Assembly: GCA_951406725.2 (NCBI GenBank)
Contig: OX597825.1
Location: 28,086,001 to 28,150,000, forward strand
Direction: 5' to 3'
Length of the DNA: 64,000 nucleotides
Origin: Octopus vulgaris
Taxonomy: Eukaryota
Shown: piece by piece, positions 12,314 through 25,744 of the stretch
How positions within the stretch are numbered: position 1 is the first letter of the stretch
Layout: each line of letters begins with the position of its first letter
Notes under the pieces: model-generated
The model's database searches: none
Told to the model about the DNA's origin: nothing
What the model saw: only the letters and a program-made list of their open reading frames with translations
Made by a program: the position numbers and the translations under genes

Positions 12314-14631
12314 TCTGTCTATAAATAATTACAGCAATTATAAGAATGCAGTTATGTATATTCCCAACTTGGAAAAGCTCAGAACCAGACGGGGTCCAAA
12401 GTTATGGATGCAAAAGCTCAGAAGGTTCCACGAAAGGACAGTGCACCAGAGCGCAGTACCCAGCTGGATGACAAAAGGGAAGACGCTGTAATATGCCAAA
12501 GATCCTGAAAACCGTAATTTTGCATGCAACTTTAGTTGCCATAAATTGATCAATGGAGAAGAAGAAATCCCAGTCTTCTTGACAAAAGGACGAACGGCAT
12601 TCTATCGGACGGATGCACCAAAGGTAAATGTTGCTGACAATTAGAGGCCAATTTCTTGCCTCCCATTAATGTGGAAGTTACTGTCAGGAGGAATTTCAGA
12701 AGAACTGTACAAATTTCTTGATGAGAACGACATATTACCGACCGGACAAAAAAGCTGTAGAAGGAGGTGCAGAGGTACCAAAGATAAATTATAGGTAGAC
12801 AAAATGGTAATTCAAGATTGTAAACGAAGGAGAACACATCTGGGAATGGCCTGGATTAATTATCGCAAAGCTTAGATGATTCCATATTCGTGGATCATCG
12901 AGTGCTTAGATCTGTTTGAAATTGCGAGGAATATAAATTATATCCTGAAGAGAAGTATGGTGAGATGGAAAACTGAGCTGACATCTTACGGGAAAAGATT
13001 CGGCAGCCTGGGTATCACAAGAGGGGATTTTCCATGGTGATAGCTTGTCTCCGTTGCTATTAGTTCTCTGCATGATACCCCAGACGTTGGTTCTTAGGAA
13101 AATGAACTTGGGGTAGCAACTAGCGAGAAAATCCTAAGCAGTCGACCACGTCCTCTTCAGGCATGATTTGAAACTGTATGGCAACAATGAGACATAAGTG
13201 AGTACCCTGGTGAACATGGTCCACTGTTTTACTGCTGATGTTAGAAGAGATTCGAACTCAAGAAATGTGGAATACTCGCCCTAAAGTTACAGTCCTTAGC
13301 ATGGATAGAATTACCGAATAAAGTCTATTAAACACATTGAAACGGAAGGATATAAATACATTGGTGTACTAGAGGTCAACGAGATAATGGAGAAGGAAAT
13401 GAAATAGCAACTGAAGATAGAATATTTCCGAAGCCTAAGGTAGATGTTGCGCTCAAAATTGGATAAAACCCAAGCAGTTAATACTTCGGTATGGTGCTGG
13501 AATTATAAAATGGCAAATGAGAGAAGTGATACAAATGGATAGAAATGCTAGGAAAATGTTGGCAATACAGGGATCCTTCCACATTAAGAGTGACATTGAT
13601 AGGTTCTACTTGTCCAGAAGAAAGGATAAGAGAATTTGATCAGTTGCCAGAACTGTTTCAAAGTAGAGAAAAACAGCTTGGGGTGGCATATTAAAAATGC
13701 CGTAGAGCTAGTGCTGAAACATATAAAGAAGGCCGGCGTCATCAAAACTGACAATTGTATACTGAAATAAAAATTTAAAGAAGAAATGAACACAAAAAAG
13801 AAACATCATGGAAGGAAAAAGACATGCATGCTCATTTTGCAAGAGATGTGAAAGCCAAGACAAATACAGAGCACCGGTGGCTATTAATGAGGCGGTGTGA
13901 CCTGAAGATAGAGACAGAAGCACTCATATGCACAGCTCAAGATCAAGCATTAATGACCAACTATATGAAGTGCAGAATAGACAACACTACCGACAGTGAG
14001 AAATGCAGAATGTGTGGTGAAAGAGGTGAAACGGCGTGGCTAATCGTTAGCGAATGCCTGAAATTGGAACACCGCGAATACAAAAGAATGCGACGACAAG
14101 CTGACAAGAATCATCCATTGGAAGCCCTGTGAAAATCAGGGCCTAAAAAGAGCAAAAACGCGGTGTGAGCCAACCCCAGAAGGAGTCACCGAGAATCAGA
14201 ATTGCAAAATCCTGTGGAATGAGATAATTCAGTGTGATCACCTAACATCGGAAACCGGACATTGTTGTGGTGAATAAAAAAGAAAGAACATGTATGATAG
14301 TAGACATAACATGCTCCGGTGACAACACAATCAATGAGAAAGAAGAAAAATAAACAACTATGACGATTTGGAGTGGGAAATACGGAGGTTGTAGTTAATG
14401 AGGAGAGTAGGTGTGATACCAATAGTAACTGGAACACTTGGAAGTATTCAGCTACCAACATGGCTGAAAAATATTGGAGTGAGTGTGAAGGTAGAACATC
14501 AACGAATTCTACAGAATTCTTCGCAAGGTTCTTGAAGCATGACTAGTAAATAAGTGTCACTTTAGTCTGCTGGCTGTGAACTGCTGACACTTTCCATCAT
14601 ACCCAGCAAAATAAACTGCTAGATTTCATCA

Positions 14632-14633
<2 letters not shown>
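12314..14633 (+). mobile_element. 5'-truncated, decayed R4/Dong-clade non-LTR retrotransposon (RT, CCHC, restriction-like endonuclease)
   Basis: Frameshifted motifs in the expected order: WKSSEPDGVQSY, DSLSPLL, HVLFRHDLKLYG (degenerate MDD), ETEALICTAQDQAL, CRMCGERGET..IVSEC, KILWN..IQCDH, KPDIVVVNKKERTCMIVDITC, VIPIVTGTLG. The 3' end joins (TAA)n, the established target of Dong elements. Confidence 0.88.
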
Positions 14634-14712
<79 letters not shown>

Positions 14713-14816
14713 TGTGCCTGGTGTACCTTTATCAGACGGGTAGTCATGATGGGTATATTGGGCTTCGTATATTTTACCCTAGTGTCACTTTGATGGCATG
14801 AACTGCTCTCTCACTC

Positions 14817-14818
<2 letters not shown>
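14713..14818 (+). mobile_element. 3' fragment of element X in (TAA)n
   Basis: tgtgcctggtgtacctttatcagacgggtagtcatgatgggtat..ctctctcactcaataat matches 12101-12210. Confidence 0.75.
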
Positions 14819-14872
<54 letters not shown>

Positions 14873-14886
14873 TGATGATGATGATG

Positions 14887-14917
<31 letters not shown>

Positions 14918-14974
14918 TGATGATAATAATAATAATAGTTATTATTATTAATGTTATTGTTGTTGTTGTTGTTG

Positions 14975-15011
<37 letters not shown>

Positions 15012-15099
15012 TACTAATCTTGTCATTAAATGAATGAATGAATAAATAAATATTAAGAAGCCAGACATCGTCATCAAAGATATATATACGTGTTTTTGT

Positions 15100-15174
<75 letters not shown>

Positions 15175-15175
<1 letters not shown>

Positions 15176-15324
15176 GATGGGCTTCTTTCAGTTTCTGTTT
15201 ACGAAATCCATTCACAAGGCCTTGGTTACAGTAGGAATCTCTTGTCTAATGCGTCACATAGTGGAACTGAACCCGAAGCTATGTAGCGAAGAAGCACGAA
15301 TATCTTACCACACAGCTACGCCTA
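15175..15324 (-). mobile_element. Family A SINE 5' half, diverged
   Basis: gggcttctttcagtttctgtttacgaaatccattcacaaggc..actgaacccg next to (TA)n. Confidence 0.75.
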
Positions 15325-16467
15325 GACCGTTCATTTTCATCGGAAAGGCTGCTGGAACGTCCTGTTTATTCATTAAATTAACGTGGATTAGAAAATTTAA
15401 TACATTTCAAGTAAATTTACAAACACCGTAAAATTTCGTTGGTTAGCTTGTTTTTTACGCTAAAGATGCTATTTTGAAATTAACATCGTATCTACAATAT
15501 AGGCATAGAATTTTGCTGTTATAAGTTAGTGTGGCCATTTGAAACTACTTCTCCCCTAATCAAGAACTGAGAGGTCATATATTCTATTTTCCACATAAAC
15601 AGAGCTGAGTTGTCTATTTTACTTTTTAGATGGCCCTTAAATCCGCTTGCTGCTTATATGACAGATTATATCTAGGTTGTGTTTGCAAATTGTTTTCGTG
15701 TTTGGTATACTATTGTAGTCGATTCTTAACTGCTTTCTATGAAGATTCCTAATCATTCGTATATCAAAATTTTGTCAACATGTTCTGTTAAAGAAAATGA
15801 TGGTAAAGCAGCTAAATTGTTTATGGCGTTCCATCATTGGCTTCCTTGGTGTTGACCCGCTGGTTCGTATGAAATATTAAATATCATTTGCAAAAGAAAA
15901 ACAGCGAATGCTGTAAAGGACCTTGGAAGAGATAATTGTCTGATCCTGTCAAGACATATATTACCACAAGTTGCTTTCATAACGTTTACCACTGTTGAAA
16001 GCTGAAAATGTCAGCGTTGGTCATTATAACATTAAACTGAAACATACAGAGAAAAAGAAGATACAAACAAAATGCTGAAATTTAAGAGCTAAAGGAATGA
16101 ACTCAAATGAAACAAAAACAACGACGAACAGATATCAGTTATGAAATGCTTACTATAAAAACCGAAAGAAATGTTATAAATGAAGGCGACATCTTTCACT
16201 ATATTAGTCGCGACATTAATAAGATAGAAATGTTACAATCTCAAGTAAAAATTAAGAGAAACTGCATAAACAGAGAAGAAAATAGAGGAATGCTGCATCC
16301 ATCAAAATATACCCCCAACTTCTTACATACAAAGATCTTTACCACTGATCTTCTGAACATAAATCAATATCTATTTCAGGACAAAAATGATGCTAAACAA
16401 AAGCACTCAATGATTAGCCAGGGATGAATTTTAACATGAGAATATCTGAAATAAACTCGACTGCTCT

Positions 16468-17022
16468 CACAAACGAGAATACTAAAAACGAACACGTCCG
16501 CTCTCAAAAAAAAAAAAAAACACGGAAAGTAATCCAGAATCCTTGTCCGGTCCTCGATTGATCCCCAAATCTAATCGGTTCGTGCCCGTCACGAGGCCAA
16601 ACATCCCTGAAAGTTTCATCCGAATCCATCCAGCGGTTCTTGACATATCTTGTCCACAGACAAAAAAAAATAAAGAACGCGACTGAAACAATGTCTCCGC
16701 CTTTGCTAAGGTTTGTTCCTTCTCGAGCCACGCCTGGCTCATAAGGGCCAGTTTCCTTGGTGTATAGGTTCCTCACCTGGACGGGACGCCGGTCCGTCAC
16801 AGGTGAGCTGCAAGATGCAGGGGGAAAGAGTGAGAGTTGTGGCGAAAGTGTCAGCAGAAGTTTGCTATTACCTTCTGCCGGAACTGCGTGGAGCTTGGGT
16901 GTTTCGCTCATAAACACACACATCGCCCGGTCTGAGATTCGAACCTGCGATCCCTCGATCGCGGGTCCGCTGCTCTAATTACTAGGCCATGTGCCTCCAC
17001 TTCGCTAAGGTGGGTGTAATAA
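16468..17022 (-). mobile_element. Helentron-associated (HINE/DINE-1-like) non-autonomous element interrupted by a SINE
   Basis: Typical body (ggatggattcggatgaaactttcaggg..ccgattagattttggggatc). Removing the SINE restores a terminal hairpin ccgcctt-cgct-aaggtgg followed by taataaaa. Confidence 0.65.
16712..16999 (-). mobile_element. tRNA-derived SINE, family D, with ~11-bp TSD
   Basis: Head tggaggcacatggcctag..ggttcgaatctcagacc. TSD ctttgctaagg (16701) / cttcgctaagg (17000). Confidence 0.88.
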
Positions 17023-17590
17023 AAAACTGAAAGTAGCATGGAGAGCGACAAATCCTCTACACTCTCAGAAACTATTTGTATCCTTACACTACTGTCTATT
17101 ATGTGAGAAGATATAAACATTCGCTAGAACAGTCGCACGGACCTGTTGGTTTTAACTTTTTATATACAACAGTGTTTGGAAAAACTAGAAACTAACTACA
17201 AAAATATGATGTTGGGTTATTGGGGAAAAATGCGTTGGAAGAGAGAATCCCGTGATCGCAAATATTGAGCATTCTCAACACAAAGTGGACATAGAAAAAG
17301 AAACAATATTAATCTTTCGCTGAGAAGTGCAAACTACAGAGCCGTTCCGAAGTTTTGCGATCGTGATATAAGAAAAAAACAGTTCAAAGTTTAATCTAAT
17401 ATCGTATTTCTAAAACGTAATCTAAAACGTATTTCCTGTGAAGTTGCTTTTAGCCCTTCGGGGGTCGATAGAATAAGCATCAATTGAACAGTGGGGTCGA
17501 TGTGATCGATTAGTCCCCACCCCCACGTAAAAATATTAGGCCACGTGCCTATCGTAGAAATGATTAGTACTACCATCAAGTACGAGTTCT

Positions 17591-17810
17591 TATTTCTTTA
17601 CTGCCCAGAAGGGGCTAAACACAGAGGGGACAAACAAGGACAGACAAACGGATTAAGTCGATTATATCGACCTCAGTGCGTAACTGGTACTTATTTAATC
17701 GACGCCGAAAGGATGAAAGGCAAATTCGACCTCGGCGGTATTTGAACTCAGAACGTAGCGGCAGATGAAATACCGCTAAGCATTTCGCCCGGCGTGCTAA
17801 CGTTTCTGCC
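17591..17810 (-). mobile_element. Family B SINE, slightly 5'-truncated, with imperfect TSD
   Basis: Matches the 6213 copy. Flanks are ccatcaagtacgagttct / ccatcaagacggagttct. An older plus-strand fragment lies at ~17440-17568. Confidence 0.88.
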
Positions 17811-18729
17811 ATCAAGACGGAGTTCTAAATTAATTAAAGTAACTATGAAAACATTATACTAATTATTGATTATTATTATTCTAAAATATTTTTGTTAATG
17901 TAAGGTGGCAAGCTGGAGCAATCTTTATCACGCCTGACCAAATGCTTAGCAGCATATCGTCTCTCTTTATGTTCTGGTGGTGGTGGTGATATTGCTGTGA
18001 TTAACATTACCATAACCCTGCCTTCAACAATTTCATGCGATATTCCAGTTCACCATAGCATTTGCACTGTGGTATCATTTATATATGTAAAGTTGTGTGT
18101 ACAATTACATGGATATTGTTTTGTTGCGTAATGCGTTTGGCAGTCTCTTGTGATATTTTAATGTTTCTTCTATGTCTACTATTAACTATCTGTACGGCTG
18201 ATTTTGTTCTGATTCTCTGATATCAATGTTTTGTTCTGTTTTAAATAATTTGAATATTACAATAGTAGATTTGGCATATTTTTTCCACTTCTATACTCGT
18301 TTTTATATCACGGTTGAATTGATGAACAATTTTGACAAGAGACCGCGAACTGGGAATTGTAAATAGCGTTAAGCCATCCATATGGAATATTTGGTTTATA
18401 ATGTGTCTATATCATTTATAAGCATTGATATTTTTATTCCTCAGATATGTGAATGGAGACAGAAATAAGCAGACAAATCAGGAATATATATATATAGAAG
18501 GGTTATTTTTTAGTGGCGAGAGTTGATCATATTGATCCTTTGACATCAAAGGTTAATAGAGTTTGACACCGGTCTATTGGACTATATTGTTGACAACGTT
18601 AGGATTTCAGCTCAAGATATATTTTAAGCCTTGTTAAAATATTTCCGTATGATGTTTAAGTTTCACTTTATAATGCACTTTTCCTGTCTGACTGTACGCC
18701 TGTCTATCTATGTATCTGCCTGTCTATCC

Positions 18730-18799
<70 letters not shown>

Positions 18800-18830
18800 A
18801 TGTATATATATATATATGTATATATATACG

Positions 18831-18897
<67 letters not shown>

Positions 18898-18905
18898 ATT
18901 ATATA

Positions 18906-18987
<82 letters not shown>

Positions 18988-19114
18988 AATATATACATAC
19001 ATATTTATTACATACATAATACGTTCATACAGGAATACACACGTTATGCACCTATGCACATATATTCATATAGTTATTTATATGTATATATAAGTACATG
19101 TTTGTATGTATGCT

Positions 19115-19165
<51 letters not shown>

Positions 19166-20182
19166 GTGTGTGTATTACTATGTATATAATATATATTCTT
19201 TTCTATACATGAACTATATACCGCTGTATACCTGTCTATATATTTTGGGGAAATTTTGTTCGATAGCAAAGTGTCTATTACATTTAAAGTAGACCGTTCT
19301 CTAGAATGTAACTCGTTCCTCTTGCTAAACTCGATGATGGAAATTTATCATTTTAATTCAATATTTGAATTTAACTGAAATATTAATGGGAATTAGTAGA
19401 AAAACCGTTCGCCTCGCGCTCTTACTAGATCAGCTACATTATTTGTATTTAATCAAATTGAAAACTTCAATTAGATATCAAAATGGTGCCTGAAATTCTC
19501 CAACTGAAATCACGCGTCTCATCAGATAACTAACCTCTAGATCAATTTAATGCAGGAGTAATTAATCTGTTTCACAACGCGTTTTCCAGATATATTGCGA
19601 TTAGACTTTTTTACTCGTAGTAACAAACCGCAGACTTCCTCTGTCTATTCTATTTAAAATGGAGGTAAATTATAGTTAGTAACACCTTCATAACTGAATA
19701 TCCGCCGAGAAGTCCTTAGTTCTAATACTCTTATCAACCGAGCAATTTTCGAATAAGGCGGGATACAGAACCACTTTCGTATAAATTAATTGAAATTTCA
19801 GCAATTTCCTCTGGTTCCTAATTCTACATCATTAAACACCAATAATGTCAAGTAGATTTAGTACTTACTACGAAAATGAATTCTAAAGTAAAAAGGAGAT
19901 TTACCATCAAATTTGATGGCTTCTACAAGAGGCACTAACATTTATGTAAATAAGTGTTTGCATCGCCTGTATAGTGGATGATAAACAGATCTAGTAATAG
20001 ATAATGGCTCAGTGTACAAAAGAGAAAACATCAGCTTGAATGGAATACAGGCGTAAGGTTACTTTCGTGACTATAACCACCCATCTACGGTAATTCAGAT
20101 ACAGGTGGTGGCATTATATCCATGTAACCCCCGACCTTCATGCAGCCAATTTAAACTCTTTAATCTTACATGCTGGAAAATA

Positions 20183-20594
20183 TACTCTTTTACTCTTTTA
20201 CTTGTTTCAGTCATTTCAAAGTGGCCATTCTGGAGCACCGCTTTTAGTCGAGAAAACCGCCCCTAAGCCTTATTCTTTGTAAGCCTAGTACTTATTCTAT
20301 CGGTCTCTTTTGCCGAACCCCTAATTTACGAGGACGTAAACACACCAGCATCGGCTGTCAAGCGATGTTGTGGGGACCAACACAGACACACAAACATATA
20401 CAAACACACATACATACATATGTATGCATATATACGACGGACTTCTTTCAGTTTCCGTCTAGCAAATCCACTCACAAGGCTGTGGTCGACCCGAGGCTAT
20501 AGTAGAAGACACTTTTCCAAGGTGTCATGCAGTGGGACTGAACCCAGAATCATGTGCTTCGTAAGCAAGCTACTTATCACACAACCACTCCTGT
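20183..20594 (-). mobile_element. Full-length family A SINE
   Basis: Reverse-complement match to 2051-2475. Confidence 0.9.
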
Positions 20595-20960
20595 GTATAT
20601 TAAGAACAAGGCAATAGATGCATCAAGATATATGCACATTATTCTCCCTTAAACGATGTACTTCGAAGCATGATCCGCATGTAAATAAACGCATGTAATG
20701 TATAGAGCTGAGAATCTAACCCTTACCCTAATGAGCTTTCTTTTGATATTTGTCGAGGATTCTGGTGTTAAGCTCTAAATGTAAACAAATGATCTTCATA
20801 TTCATATTCAACCTTGTTTTCTATTATTTAAAATTTTGTCGGTTATTGGAATGTAGTTAACCTGAGACACTAATTGCAACAAAATTATTCGCGTATGTCT
20901 ACCTCAGTATTTTCATTACGATATATATTATATTGAGTTGGATCAAAGTAATGCAAAATT

Positions 20961-21523
20961 TTGGGTTGTCCGGAAAGTTCGTGTCGATTTATAGTAACTT
21001 ACCTTTCGATTTATTTTAGAACATGGTTGAGTCCATAAAAAAGGAGTTGACTACACCTCCATTTAGATTATGGTTTAAGCTATCTTTTCGTGGAAGAAGG
21101 TTTATGTTCCTATAACCTGTGTTAGTTTTGTAACCCTTTAAAATGGAAGATAAGAAAGTTCATTTTCGGCACTTGATGCTTTGGGAACCAGACAAAAATT
21201 GCTGCAGCTCGGCTGGGATGTGTTACCCCCACCCTCCATATTTACCAGATATTGCTCCTTCTGATTTCCACTTATTCAGGTCTCTGTAGAATAGTCTTAA
21301 TGTTAAAACTTTCAATTTCTTGGATGACGTAAAAGATACCTTGAATACTTTGCCATGAAACCAACTCAGTTCTGCGAAGAGGGTATTTTTAAGTTAAAGG
21401 AAAGGTGGAGACTCATTGTGCAACAAAGTGGTTGATATTTGGTTGATCAAAAATGTAATGGCAAGTATTTATTGACCTTCTTCTTTCCTTTAGAAATCGG
21501 CACGGACTTTCCGGACAGCCCAT
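20961..21523 (+). mobile_element. Internally deleted mariner element with both TIRs
   Basis: TIRs ttgggttgtccggaaagttcgtgtcgattt and aaatcggcacggactttccggacagcccat. MEDKKVHFRHLMLWE is fused to QKLLQLGWDVLPHPPYLPDIAPSDFHLFRSL (YSPDLAPSD motif). Confidence 0.92.
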
Positions 21524-21707
21524 TATAATCATTATATATGACAGGAGCAAAAATCGCTTGAACATCAAAAAAAAAATAAATAAATGACGGGAAGGGAAAA
21601 AAGTTTTCTCGGGATATTTTTATTCGTAATATCCCATCCTGCGAAAATAATATGTATACATACCCATTTCCCTTTCATATACGAAGACAAATATATATAT
21701 ATACATA

Positions 21708-21840
21708 CAGTAATCTCTTGACTATTACGGGTGTTACGTTCCAAAACCTCCAACAGAAATAATTAAAATCTAAAAAATTATAAATACCCTATCGGCCGGA
21801 GAAACCTGCAATATACTGAGGAGTGCGCGATATAAATTTA
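21708..21840 (+). mobile_element. Possible pogo/Tigger-like MITE remnant
   Basis: The start TA|cagtaatctcttgactattacgggtgttacgttcc resembles Tigger-type TIRs. No clean right TIR was found. Confidence 0.35.
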
Positions 21841-21889
21841 CATATGTTAGACAGAAATTAAACAATCACTATATTTTAACATGTAATAA

Positions 21890-23246
21890 TAGCAATAGGC
21901 GTTCACAAATACTATCCTGATGATAGTTCAAAATGTAGTTTGAAGTGTGTTTTGCTCCATAATGCCAATATGTATGCACCAATACCTTTAGGTCATTCAA
22001 CAATACTTAAAGAAAAAAAAAACGTGATGTTATCAAACAGGTTATGGAATAGATTGACTACACCAAACATAGATGGGTGTTATGTGTCAATTTGAAAATG
22101 ATAAATTTCCTGCTTGGTCAACAAAGTGGCTACACGAAATTCCCATGTTTTTTGTGCATGTGGGACAGTAGAGCAAAAGAGGAGCACTGGAAAAAGAAAG
22201 ATTAGCTACCCCGAAATTTGAAGGTCAGCGAAAAGAACGTTATTGGTGCATCGCTAGTTCCGAAAGAAAAAAAATCATATTCCCTCCCCTGCATATCAAA
22301 CTGGGATTAATGAAACACTATGTAAAATCACTTGACAAAGAACGTAAATGTTTTGAGCATGTATATTAATCGTTTCCAGGACTTAGCACCGAAAAACTCA
22401 AAGCAGGAGTGTTTGATGGTTCTGATATCAGGAAACCCATTAAGGATGAAAAATTTGTTAATTCAATGAATGACTTGGAATTACGCACTTGCACATCCTT
22501 TGTTGACGTGGTGAAAAACTTCTTAGGCAATCGCCGGGCTGAAAACTACAAGGAGTTAGTGGAAAAGCTGTTGAAAATTCTACAGGACACAGGCGCTAAT
22601 ATGAGTATTAAGGTTCATTTTTTACATAGCCATCTCGATGAATTTCCGGATAATTGCAGCAATGCGAGTGATGAGCAAGGAGAACGATTCCATCAGTATA
22701 TCAAAACAATGAAGGAAGGTTACCATGGATGGTGGGACAAACGAATGATGACTGACTGCTGCTGGATTATCAAAAGGGACTTGAATAACATTGAACATGA
22801 CAGGCAATCAAGAAAGAGAAATTTTTTACCTTAGTTCTTATGTTCATGAAGGTTTTGTTTCTGCAGTTAGTTTATTTACAGATTTGATGAAATTAATTGT
22901 TGTTCTTGTTACACTCAATCCTTTTACTTTTAAAGACTTTAGTATCTGATTGTTATTGCAAAAATAGTGTTTCTCAAAAAGCAGACCAATATTTGTTGGT
23001 TTAAATACGAATTGAGATATTTCTATGATTTTACATTGAGAAATATTGCCATCGATCAATATCAAATATACAGAAAACAAATGGAAAAAATACTTTTTTG
23101 TTTTCAAAAATGAGGCATTTCTGTACGGCAAAAACAGTAGCTAACCTAGAAAAAATAAGTTCATATTCAGATTCAGCGCCCTCAAATTAGCTAAGAAAAA
23201 TGTTTGCTGTCTCGACACCATTTTAATTTTTTTTTTTTTACCAGTG
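21890..23246 (+). mobile_element. Chapaev3-like (CMC) DNA transposon, 3' half with decayed transposase
   Basis: Motifs DSSKCSLKCVLLHNAN, FLLGQQSGYTKFPCFLCMWDSRA, PPLHIKLGLMK, GVFDGSDIRK, MSIKVHFLHSHLD and SDEQGERFHQ. The right end ..CCAGTG followed by TAA fits a Chapaev3 terminus and TWA TSD. Confidence 0.8.
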
Positions 23247-23334
23247 TAATCTTTTATAATATTGTGTACTTTATAGCTTGTATTCTTATTGCAACACTCT
23301 AATTTCGTAACATCTGAAAGACCTAGTATAATTT

Positions 23335-23745
23335 TGAAATATATTATTTATAGTTTATGATCTCTTTATCTAAGAAATAATATAGGTTATATTTATCGTA
23401 GATCTATATATTTTATGTTTACGCTTTTTTTATGTAGACTTACGGAATTCACCCTTTGACAGTTTACGTAAATAAGGACCATTATTTGTCTGTTTCTTTG
23501 AATAATCTTTATTCCAGAAACTTCTAATTTAGTTTCTTTTGTAATATTTAGTAAAAGTTTGATATTTATTGTTTATACTCATAGTTTATTATATCTTTAT
23601 CTGAGAAATAATATAGGTTATAATTATTGTAGGTCTTAGTTTTTGTTTACTTTAATTACCGAGTTCCTCACTTCAATAAAATACGTAAAAAAGGAACGTT
23701 ATCTGTTAGTTACTTTGAATAATATTTATATCAGTAACTTTGATT
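23335..23745. repeat. Diverged tandem duplication, period ~231 bp
   Basis: tctttatct(a/g)agaaataatataggttata occurs at ~23363 and ~23594, and downstream blocks also align. Confidence 0.75.
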
Positions 23746-23778
23746 AAATGAGAAGTGTTATTATATTTTATCATTATG

Positions 23779-25697
23779 CTAGCAAACGCACTCGTGCTTT
23801 GGACGGTTTAAGTTGCTTTGGTGGTATTTTTATCATTTTGTTCCAGCTCATCGAACCGTTCGCTCAGTGGTATCTAACATGAAGTAAATTTGAAGGAATC
23901 GGTGTTCAGCGTTGTTCACATAAAGAATAGAGCTTATCCGATGACAAGTTTGGCCCTGAATTTTGAATGTTGGTATATATGTGTTTGTGACTGAAACTTG
24001 TCAGCTGGAAGGCAGAATTATAAGCACGAATTTACTGTATAAATTGCTGTGAATCAGGGTGTTGACCAAGGAGTAAAGAGAGGAAATGCTGAGGCGAGTT
24101 TTTCAGGCCAGGCAAGCAAACCTTTCTGTTTGAGCAGCATAGGCTAGATTGGATTTTCCAGCCCACTTGAGGCCTTGCAAAATGGACATATCACAGTCTC
24201 TTGATGATATCAGTCACACGATGAGCGGTGTAATCCTCAGCAGGATCATAGTTGAACGCCTTTGAAGCCCATCGACTTCAAGAGCCTTTCAGTAAACATT
24301 AGACTGAATCTCATCATCCGATGGTTATCGTCATCTGCCAACCTTGCGGCAGAAGTGGATGCAGCGTTGCGTCCCCGATGGATAGCACCCTCTTCTGGGT
24401 CTCATGGCAGAAGTGGATGCAACGTTACATGCCAGACGGATAGCAACCTTTTGTGGGGCTTCTGCAGCCCCTGCATCAGCAGCACGCACTCGAAAGGTTT
24501 CACACTCTTCTGGAGTAGTTGTAACTCTAGCAGTGGTAGCTCTTTTCAACAGTCTACAGGACCTCCGGTCCTCTGTTTCCTGCCGGCACTGCTGCCTTGC
24601 CGCAGCAGAAGACTTTCTGCCAATGCGTGCTCTCTGTTTGGGTGACATGCTTGTATTATCTAGAAAAGGAAAATGGGTTTTAGTGTACCGGGTGATTATC
24701 GATTCTATTATAAGCTAAGAAAATCCCCTTTATTCTGTCTTCCCAGATAGCCTGCGTAAAGTATCAGCGAATGCTACATAAAGGGTAATTGGAATGGAAT
24801 TCTCTGAATGATGCACAGAGCTTTCGCTAGTGGTAGTAAAACTCTTCTTTAAAGGTTGATTCTTTGGGACGAATCATATGTGATTGTTTAAAAAAGGCTA
24901 GAATCTCAGTGCTAAAACGTATTTGAAGCAATGGACAACAGTCGAAATATCATAATGGATGGGAAAATAAACATCCTTAAACTGAAACTACAAATTGGTA
25001 GGTAAACAAAGGTATCAACAAATAGAAGAGAGAAAATGGAACATCACATTTCAAGTAACTCAGAATAGGTTAAGTTAATGCAGTTTAAATATGGAGATTA
25101 AGAGTGTTTGGTGTTAGCTATTCATCGCGTAGTGTTCATAGTCAATTTAATCACAGTCAAAAATACTCTCTAATGCCAATATACGAGGATACAGATTTAA
25201 GAATATGGAAGACCCTTGATACAAAAAACTATGTACATACAACGATTTTGGCAAGTCTTTTAAATTAAACATTTATTTGCATGAATGAAAATTACCGCAG
25301 ACAAAACACGTGTTGTGCTAAAAATAACAGCTAAATTTTTTTGTGTAATTATTTTTAATTAACATTAACATTTATTTACATGAAAACAAAATGACAGCTA
25401 CCAAATCCTGTTTCCGGATTGGGTCACCGCGCTGGTGAACAGTTGCAGTAAATAAATAGACAAAATCTTTTCACTTTTATAAAATGATAAAAAAAAGTAT
25501 GGAAGACTCTACATACAAAAAAACTATATCCATTAACGGCCATTTACACGGGATTTCTGGGCAAAATGTTATAGTGCGTGACGATCCTTGGGACATAACT
25601 AATATGTGCGCAACGTTTGGAGAAAATCGGTTGAGAATTGTGGAAATGTATGCGTTAGTCATTATACACACACAGAGTGCAATATTTATAAACTAGA
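23779..25697 (-). mobile_element. Internally deleted Helitron carrying the RepHel N-terminus (~24648 to ~23850)
   Basis: Minus-strand translation: MSPKQRARIGRK.., AFNYDPAEDY.., CPFCKA..CCSNRKVCLPGL..LLLGQHPDSQQFI.IRAYNSAFQLTSF.., PTFKIQGQTCHR..FLQIYFM. The 3' end is a degenerate hairpin ccgtccaaagcacgag followed by CTAG (23782-23779). A putative 5' A|TC lies at 25697 and is less certain. Confidence 0.8.
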
Positions 25698-25744
25698 TTA
25701 ATATACTATATTATCGTTATATATAGTTTATATATATTTTTTCA

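Noticed and set aside
18000-18620. Possible decayed Penelope RT/GIY-YIG relic on the minus strand
   Set aside because: Only faint motif resemblance; it needs a translated HMM search.
19300-20160. Unique-looking stretch considered as a host exon or LTR relic
   Set aside because: No ORF of 60 aa or more in the track and no recognizable motif.
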